A stretch of DNA of 12,421 bases from Candidatus Aenigmatarchaeota archaeon. Lineage in GTDB: Archaea; Aenigmatarchaeota; Aenigmatarchaeia; QMZP01. Positions 6,951-12,421 of this stretch are shown piece by piece (position 1 is the stretch's first letter; each line of letters opens with the position of its first letter). Both the position numbers and the translations under genes were made by a program. Under the pieces are notes generated by a model that saw nothing but the letters and a program-made list of their open reading frames with translations, was not told the origin of the DNA and did no database searches. The stretch is taken from positions 1 through 12,421 of the forward strand of contig JAWCLA010000022.1 in NCBI GenBank assembly GCA_039091855.1, written 5' to 3'.

Positions 6951-7139
6951 TTTCGTTTTGTTACTACTATTAAGTTTATATTATTATTAAAATTTTGCTT
7001 TTCTACATAGGGCCAACAATCAAATTCCCTTCGGGAAATGTAACAGGCATTGATCGACTATATCGTTTATATATTGCTCTTATCAAAAATCATCCAATCG
7101 GTTAGTGCCGATGCCATGCAAAAGAAATAAAATGAGGTA

Positions 7140-9332
7140 CTAGTCCTCTTCCCCTTCTTCCTTCATATCCGTTATTCCCTTTCTCTGCTTTATCTGGGAA
7201 ATGACTTTGGGTTCTAGCTCCTTCGGCAATGGCTCGTAAACTATGTCTATAAGCCAGTAGAAGCCCTTGCCCCCTGTCGAGGACTTAAGCGAGGAATTGA
7301 ATCCGAACATATCGGCAACAGGAAGCTTTGCCTTTATTATGGTCGTTCCCCTTTCCTCATTCATCTCTATAATCTGACCGCGCCTGTTGTTAATCTCTTT
7401 CATTGCCCCACTCAGCTCTTCTGTGGGGACATCAATCCTTATTATTTGCTTTGGTTCAAGGATGTAAGCCTTTCCCGCGATCATTGCCTGCCTTATCGCC
7501 CTCCTGACTGCAGGTATGACCTGCGCCGGACCCCTGTGAATGGCATCCTCGTGAAGCTTTGCGTCAACAAGCATAACCTTTACACCTGAACAGGGCTCCC
7601 TGGCAAGAGGACCTTCGTCCATTGCCTCCTTGAATGCCTGCTTCACCATCTCCATTATTTCAAGTATCGCGTGAACTCCGTGCGTAGCGTCTATGAGAAT
7701 GTTCCTGTTGTATATCATCTTGATTTTCCTTATCTCGTCCCTGTCCATTCCGTATTTCACAAGCGTGTCAACAAGCTCGACATCCTTCTTCTTTATTTCC
7801 GTGTCCCCTATCTCTCCCCTAACCATTGCCTCGTAAACCTCCTTCTCCAGCGGAGCGGTTATCAGGTAGAACCTGTTGTGCTTGTTTGGCGACTTTCCCT
7901 CTATGGCTTCCGGCGTTACCGATTTCACGCCTTCCCTGTATATCACAATCGGAGGTGAGATTTCAACCTCTATTCCCTCGTCCTTCAGCTTGTTCTCTAT
8001 CTTTGCGTTTATGTGAAGCTCCCCCAAACCAGAAACCAGGTATTCCCCTGTCTCCTCGTTTATCTTTATCTGCAAAGTGGGATCTTCCCTGCTGGTTTTT
8101 TTAAGGAATTCTATAAGCTTTGAAAGGTCTTTGGGGTGTTTGGGCTCTATTGCCTTGGTTACAACAGGCTCGAATATGTGCTTTATTGCCTCAAAGCCCG
8201 TTATTGGATTGTCGGGATTGCATATTGTTTCTCCTGAGGAGGCTTCCTTCAGTCCCACTATTCCGACAATGTTTCCCGCGAGAACCTCATCCATCTGTAT
8301 TCTCTGCTGCCCCTTGTATATGGAAACCTGCTGAACCCTCTCTGCCTTGAACCTGCTCACCAAATAAACCTCCTGCCCTTTCTCTATTTTTCCAGAGAAT
8401 ATCCTTACAGTGGCAACATATCCTGCGTGGGGGTCAGGGTAAATCTTTGTCACAATACCCGCCAACTTGCCGTCAGGATTGCAGTTCAACATGTCCTTAC
8501 CAACATCAGAATCAATATCCCCTGGCCATATCTTTGGAATCCTGTATTTCTGCGCTACAAGCGGGTTCGGAAGGTGCTGGATTACCATATCCAGAACAAC
8601 GGCGTGAAGAGGGGTTTTTTCCGAAAGCTCCTTTTCCCTGTCGCTTTGGGTCATCTCTATTATTTCCTTGAACGTTATTCCCTTCTTCTGCATGACAGGG
8701 ATTGATATTGCCCATTTCTTTGTTGCCGAACCGAAAGCCACAGAACCGTTGTTTACGTTCACAGTCCACTTGTCCTTGTACTCTTCCTCAGCGAATTTAT
8801 GGATAAGCATATTGACCTCTGTTATTATGTTCTTGAACCTTTCCTGCATCTGCTCAGGTGTTAGCTTCAATTCTTTTATCAGCCTGTCAACCTTGTTGAT
8901 GAAAAGCACTGGCCTTACCCTCTCTTTCAGGGCCTGCCTGACAACTGTCTCTGTCTGCGGCATAACCCCCTCAACAGCATCAGAAACAACTATAACCCCG
9001 TCCACTGCCCTCATCGCCCTCGTCACATCTCCACCAAAATCCACGTGACCAGGCGTGTCAATCAGGTTTATCAGGTAATCCATTCCCTGATATTCGTGCA
9101 CCATTGATGCATTGGCTGCGTAAATGGTTATTCCCCTCTCCTGCTCTTGCTTGTCAAAGTCCATAACGAGCTGCTTTCCAGCGAGCTCCTGCGAAATCAT
9201 ACCAGCGCCTGCCAGGAGGTTGTCCGAAAGCGTGGTTTTCCCGTGGTCTATGTGGGCAACTATACCTATGTTTCTTATGTGCTCCGGCTTGCGCATGAGC
9301 TCCTTCACTACCTGAGTAATCTCCTTTGCCAT
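7140..9332 (-). CDS. fusA: Archaeal translation elongation factor 2 (aEF-2)
   Basis: 730 aa with AHIDHGKT, RGITI, DTPGH and NKVD GTPase motifs and GLGELH. The diphthamide loop HEDAIHRGPAQVIP has His599 (codon 7536-7538). SD GGTGA at 9336-9340. Confidence 0.98.
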   Translation of the reverse strand: MAKEITQVVKELMRKPEHIRNIGIVAHIDHGKTTLSDNLLAGAGMISQELAGKQLVMDFDKQEQERGITIYAANASMVHEYQGMDYLINLIDTPGHVDFGGDVTRAMRAVDGVIVVSDAVEGVMPQTETVVRQALKERVRPVLFINKVDRLIKELKLTPEQMQERFKNIITEVNMLIHKFAEEEYKDKWTVNVNNGSVAFGSATKKWAISIPVMQKKGITFKEIIEMTQSDREKELSEKTPLHAVVLDMVIQHLPNPLVAQKYRIPKIWPGDIDSDVGKDMLNCNPDGKLAGIVTKIYPDPHAGYVATVRIFSGKIEKGQEVYLVSRFKAERVQQVSIYKGQQRIQMDEVLAGNIVGIVGLKEASSGETICNPDNPITGFEAIKHIFEPVVTKAIEPKHPKDLSKLIEFLKKTSREDPTLQIKINEETGEYLVSGLGELHINAKIENKLKDEGIEVEISPPIVIYREGVKSVTPEAIEGKSPNKHNRFYLITAPLEKEVYEAMVRGEIGDTEIKKKDVELVDTLVKYGMDRDEIRKIKMIYNRNILIDATHGVHAILEIMEMVKQAFKEAMDEGPLAREPCSGVKVMLVDAKLHEDAIHRGPAQVIPAVRRAIRQAMIAGKAYILEPKQIIRIDVPTEELSGAMKEINNRRGQIIEMNEERGTTIIKAKLPVADMFGFNSSLKSSTGGKGFYWLIDIVYEPLPKELEPKVISQIKQRKGITDMKEEGEED

Positions 9333-9424
9333 CTTTCACCTTTTACGGAATTCCAACCAGAAAAAGCGTTGGTTGGCTTAATAATTCTGAATTGACAGAT
9401 AATATGAGCATACTGATATATAAG
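9333..9424 (-). promoter_or_regulatory. EF-2 promoter and leader of about 60 nt with a 7-bp hairpin and SD
   Basis: TATA CTTATATA at 9424-9417 preceded by GGAAACA; inverted repeat CCAACCA (9353-9359)/TGGTTGG (9370-9376); GGTGA 3 nt before the ATG. Confidence 0.55.
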
Positions 9425-9435
9425 TGTTTCCGTTG

Positions 9436-10686
9436 TCAGTCCCTCTTCTGCATAGCGTCCACCACTCTCTGTATCGCAAGCATATATGCTGCTGTCCTCA
9501 TCGTGACCTTGTATTTTTCCATTATCGAAATAACATTCTGAAAGGCCTTTGTTAGAACAGAGTCCATTTTCTGGTTTACCTCTTCCTCTGACCAGAAGTA
9601 GGACTGAAGATCCTGCACCCATTCAAAATAGCTAACAACAACCCCGCCTGCGTTTGCCAACACATCCGGTACAACAACTACCCCTTTCTTTGTTAAAATC
9701 CTTTCTGCCTCCGGTGTCGTGGGACCGTTTGCCCCTTCCAATATTATTTTTGCCTTTATCCTGCTTGCGTTCTCGCCTGTTATCTGGTTTTCCAGCGCGC
9801 AGGGTAGCAGAAGGTCGCACTTTAACTCAAGAAGTTGTTTGTTGGTTATAGTTTTCGTTCCCTTCAAACCGACAACAGAGCCTGTTTTAGCCTTGTGTCC
9901 TTCAACTTCATCCGGGTCAAGCCCTGCCTCGCTGTATATTCCACCTTTGGAGTCGCTTACTGCTATAACCTTCACTCCCATCTCGTGAAGCCTTTTTGAA
10001 ACCACGCTTCCCAGGTTGCCGTAGCCCTGCACAACAGCGGTTGTTTTTGTAGGATCCATCTTGTAGTATTTCATCACTTCCCTTGTTATGAAGGAAAGAC
10101 CGCATCCTGTCGCGCAATCCCTTCCAAACGAGCCTCCAAGAGAGGGCGGCTTTCCTGTAACTATCCCGAAAACATTGTGCCTCCTTTCCCTGCTGTATTC
10201 GTCCATTATCCAAGCCATAACCTGCGCGTCGGTGTAAACATCCGGAGCGGGAATGTCCTTCATAGGACCTATGAAATCCCCAAGCGCCCTTACATATGCC
10301 CGGGTCATGTTTTCAAGCTCTATCCTTGACATTTTTTTGGGGTCGCAAACAACTCCTCCCTTTGCCCCGCCGAATGGTATTCCTGTAATTGCACACTTCC
10401 AAGTCATCCACATGGCGAGAGCCTTTACCTCATCCATATTGACATCAGGGTGGTATCTTATTCCACCCTTGTAAGGACCTCTTGAATCATTATGGTGGAC
10501 CCTGTAGCCCTTGAAAACCTGAATGCCTTTTTCTGTATGCACAGAAAATGTTACTTCTAAAACTTCCTTTGGCTCTTTCAGTATCTCATACCATTCCTTT
10601 GGAAGGTTCATCCTGTCAAATGCCTCTTTCAGCTGTATCTGGGCATTCAAAAATGGGTTGTCCTTTTTTGGTTTTTTCCTTTCCAT
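9436..10686 (-). CDS. gdhA: Glutamate dehydrogenase (Glu/Leu/Phe/Val dehydrogenase family)
   Basis: 416 aa with RGPYKGGIRY, MTWKCA, GGAKGG, DIPAPDV, VTGKP, QGYGNLG, EGANGP and ANAGGVVVSYFEWVQ. Confidence 0.96.
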   Translation of the reverse strand: MERKKPKKDNPFLNAQIQLKEAFDRMNLPKEWYEILKEPKEVLEVTFSVHTEKGIQVFKGYRVHHNDSRGPYKGGIRYHPDVNMDEVKALAMWMTWKCAITGIPFGGAKGGVVCDPKKMSRIELENMTRAYVRALGDFIGPMKDIPAPDVYTDAQVMAWIMDEYSRERRHNVFGIVTGKPPSLGGSFGRDCATGCGLSFITREVMKYYKMDPTKTTAVVQGYGNLGSVVSKRLHEMGVKVIAVSDSKGGIYSEAGLDPDEVEGHKAKTGSVVGLKGTKTITNKQLLELKCDLLLPCALENQITGENASRIKAKIILEGANGPTTPEAERILTKKGVVVVPDVLANAGGVVVSYFEWVQDLQSYFWSEEEVNQKMDSVLTKAFQNVISIMEKYKVTMRTAAYMLAIQRVVDAMQKRD

Positions 10687-10694
10687 AATATCAC

Positions 10695-11615
10695 TTATTT
10701 ACCTTTAAGATACCTGAAAATAGAATTGGCGGCAATGCCACCCTCTGCGACAGCGGTTATTATCTGCTTGAAGTTGTTGCAGGCGTTGGTTATGTCCCCT
10801 ACTGCAAAAATCCCTGGCACGTTTGTTGACATATCCTCCCTTACCTTTATGTACCCTTCCTCTGTGGTCTCAACGCCAAGTTCTTTAAGTATAACAGTCG
10901 AAGGAACAGAGCCTATCTCTATAAAAAGACCATCTATCTTTAGCTCTTTCTGTTTCCCTTCTGTGTCAAGAATCACTGACTCGAGCCTTTCCCTTCCTTT
11001 CAATTCCCTTACAACTGTCTTGTAAATTATCTCTATTTTCCTGTTTTCGGCTATCCTCTTCTTTGTTATAGGCTCTGCCCTCAAATCCTCCTTTCTGTAT
11101 ATAATATATACCTTACTTGCGTGCTCCGCGAGCATAAGTGCTGTTGTTCCTGCGGAATCGCTGCCTCCCACTACACCAACAACCTTTCCCTTGTAGAAAG
11201 CGGCATCGCAGGACGCGCAATAAGAGACTCCTTTCCCAAGAAACTTCTCTTCGTTCGGGAGTTCAAGCTTCCTCTTCTGCGTGCCAAGGGCAACGACAAC
11301 TGACCTTGAAGAATATTTTTTCCTGTCGGCTGTCCCCACCTCAAAGCCTGACTTGGATTTTTTGACAGAAACTATGTCAGTCCCGAGAACCACCTTAACC
11401 CCAAGAGACTCGACATGCTCCCTGAACTTTTGGGAAAGCTCAACCCCGGATATAGACTTGAAGCCGAGGTAATTCTCAACCCTGTGTGCCTCTGCTGCCA
11501 TTCCGCCCAGTATTTTTCCTATTACCAGTGTTTTCAGGTTGTATCTTGCGCAGTAAACCGCTGTTCCCATACCCCCTGGGCCTGCTCCTAGAACCACAAC
11601 ATCATACCTTTCCAT
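10695..11615 (-). CDS. trxB: Thioredoxin reductase (FAD-dependent disulfide oxidoreductase)
   Basis: GAGPGG FAD motif, VENYLG, active site GKGVSYCASCD, VVGGSDSA and TNVPGIFAVGD...QIITAVAEG. Start is ATG 11615 or TTG 11618. The stop lies 8 nt from the gdhA start. Confidence 0.93.
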   Translation of the reverse strand: MERYDVVVLGAGPGGMGTAVYCARYNLKTLVIGKILGGMAAEAHRVENYLGFKSISGVELSQKFREHVESLGVKVVLGTDIVSVKKSKSGFEVGTADRKKYSSRSVVVALGTQKRKLELPNEEKFLGKGVSYCASCDAAFYKGKVVGVVGGSDSAGTTALMLAEHASKVYIIYRKEDLRAEPITKKRIAENRKIEIIYKTVVRELKGRERLESVILDTEGKQKELKIDGLFIEIGSVPSTVILKELGVETTEEGYIKVREDMSTNVPGIFAVGDITNACNNFKQIITAVAEGGIAANSIFRYLKGK

Positions 11616-11700
11616 CAAATCAGCAATAATTATTTAGGTTTGCCGTGTTTATATTTTTGAAGGGCTGGAGGTTCGGAGACTGTTAAAATGTTTTGAGCAA

Positions 11701-12280
11701 GAATCCTATGGCTTCAGCCATCAGATGAATTGCGACTCATAGCCAGCTCTATTTCCCGTTTCTGAACCAAATAATAAATGGATGGTGACAACATGAATTC
11801 ATTCAGCCATAGCTGTGGAGACTCAACCTACCACAGAATGAGAATGACGACTTGGTTAACTGTTTCAAGTCGTCTATCGATTTGATGGATAACCAAATGC
11901 AGATATAAAATATTGAGGAACCGCGGACACAAATACCTGTGCAGGATATCCTTATGAATGTTGCCAAGAGACATAGAATGGGAGTGGTAAGCCTTGCGAT
12001 AGGAGACTACCCAGTTCACATTTTTATAAAACTACAACCCACGTTATCGGTCTGCAAGGCATTCCCTCGCAAGTGATCTCTTCTTATGTCCTTTTTAGGG
12101 CAATCACCAACTTCAGGAAAAGACATCCACGCGGCCATTTGTGGGCTATCGGCGGCGGGTTCAGGAGTGTTGGTGACGTTGAGAAACAGACATTCGTGAA
12201 TTATGTGAACCGTCAAAACCACCTGACTTTGGGCCAGTTCACATAACCAAAATTCTGCGGGCTTTAGCTCGCAGTCGCAC
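11701..12280 (+). mobile_element. Decayed IS200/IS605-family element, tnpA only (ends approximate)
   Basis: Left subterminal hairpin ATCCTATGGC-TTCA-GCCATCAGAT (11703-11726) and right hairpin CTGCGGGC-TTTA-GCTCGCAG (12255-12274) flank a tnpA pseudogene. No tnpB. Confidence 0.85.
11793..12246 (+). pseudogene. tnpA: IS200-type Y1 HUH transposase pseudogene
   Basis: Hand translation across frames: MNSFSHSCGDSTYH-[insert, TGA]-WITKCRYKILRN...LC / DILMNVAKRHRMGVVSLAIGDYPVHIFIKLQPTLSVCKAF / SSYVLFRAITNFRKRHPRGHLWAIGGGFRSVGDVEKQTFVNYVNRQ...TAA. The catalytic YxxxQ is kept and the HUH motif is degraded to PVH. There are two frameshifts (about 11943 and about 12070) and internal stops. Confidence 0.9.
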
Positions 12281-12323
12281 AGTATTTAATGTTTTTTAAA
12301 ATAAAACAAACAAAATAAAAAGT

Positions 12324-12421
12324 ATGAAATACAAATTACTGACAATCTTGTTTGTGTCAATTCTAATTGTTTTGATTTTGCCAAAGATTTCTCTAGCTGT
12401 GACTTATTATGTTGATTTTGA
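12324..12421 (+). CDS. 5' end of a secreted or surface protein, truncated by the window edge
   Basis: MKYKLLTILFVSILIVLILPKISLA-VTYYVDF: basic n-region, hydrophobic h-region and SLA cleavage site, followed by the TYYVD start common in secreted parallel beta-helix (pectin lyase-like) proteins. TATA-like TTTTTAAA at 12293-12300. Confidence 0.7.
   Translation, partial: MKYKLLTILFVSILIVLILPKISLAVTYYVDF

Noticed and set aside
7020-7110. Integron attC site
   Set aside because: ATGTAAC and GTTAGTG do not fit RYYYAAC/GTTRRRY and are not complementary beyond TAAC/GTTA. No integrase or cassette array is present. Kept only as an unexplained inverted repeat.
9308-9622. Track ORFs 9308..9622 (-) and 9326..9541 (+) spanning the gdhA-EF-2 gap
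   Set aside because: They overlap well-supported genes and the EF-2 promoter, and show no protein-like features.
1414-11472. Numerous short antisense or alternate-frame ORFs inside dph5, the radical SAM gene, EF-2, gdhA and trxB
   Set aside because: They are shadows of strongly supported genes, with no motifs or promoters of their own.
11828-12222. Minus-strand track ORFs 11828..12019 and 12016..12222
   Set aside because: They are antisense to the tnpA relic and have no recognisable motifs.
11640-12300. Long ORF-poor stretch considered as RNase P RNA, SRP RNA or tRNA
   Set aside because: No conserved RNase P, SRP or cloverleaf motifs were found, and the region is explained by a tnpA pseudogene with IS end hairpins.

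Overview
Archaeal genomic DNA. The evidence is an archaeal EF-2 with the diphthamide HRG motif, diphthine synthase, TATA boxes about 30 nt ahead of most start codons and GGTGA-type ribosome-binding sites. A small-genome DPANN-type lineage is an inference only. Intact genes: dph5, a radical SAM/SPASM enzyme, an endonuclease III-related HhH-GPD protein, a Mesh1/SpoT-like HD-domain protein, a short DUF460 RNase H-fold protein, a small hypothetical protein, EF-2, glutamate dehydrogenase and thioredoxin reductase. Accessory, frame-disrupted material: a secreted Cys-rich protein split by a frameshift (left edge), an mTERF-like repeat protein with a 1-bp deletion, and a decayed IS200-type tnpA element with both end hairpins that the ORF track misses. 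Another secreted protein starts at the right edge. The best candidate for a new system is an unannotated 30-aa ORF (MVGLLQENASVGGWNEGKKPQYGSKWEVFA) at the promoter of the radical SAM/SPASM gene. It could be a RiPP precursor or a regulatory uORF; this is a hypothesis.
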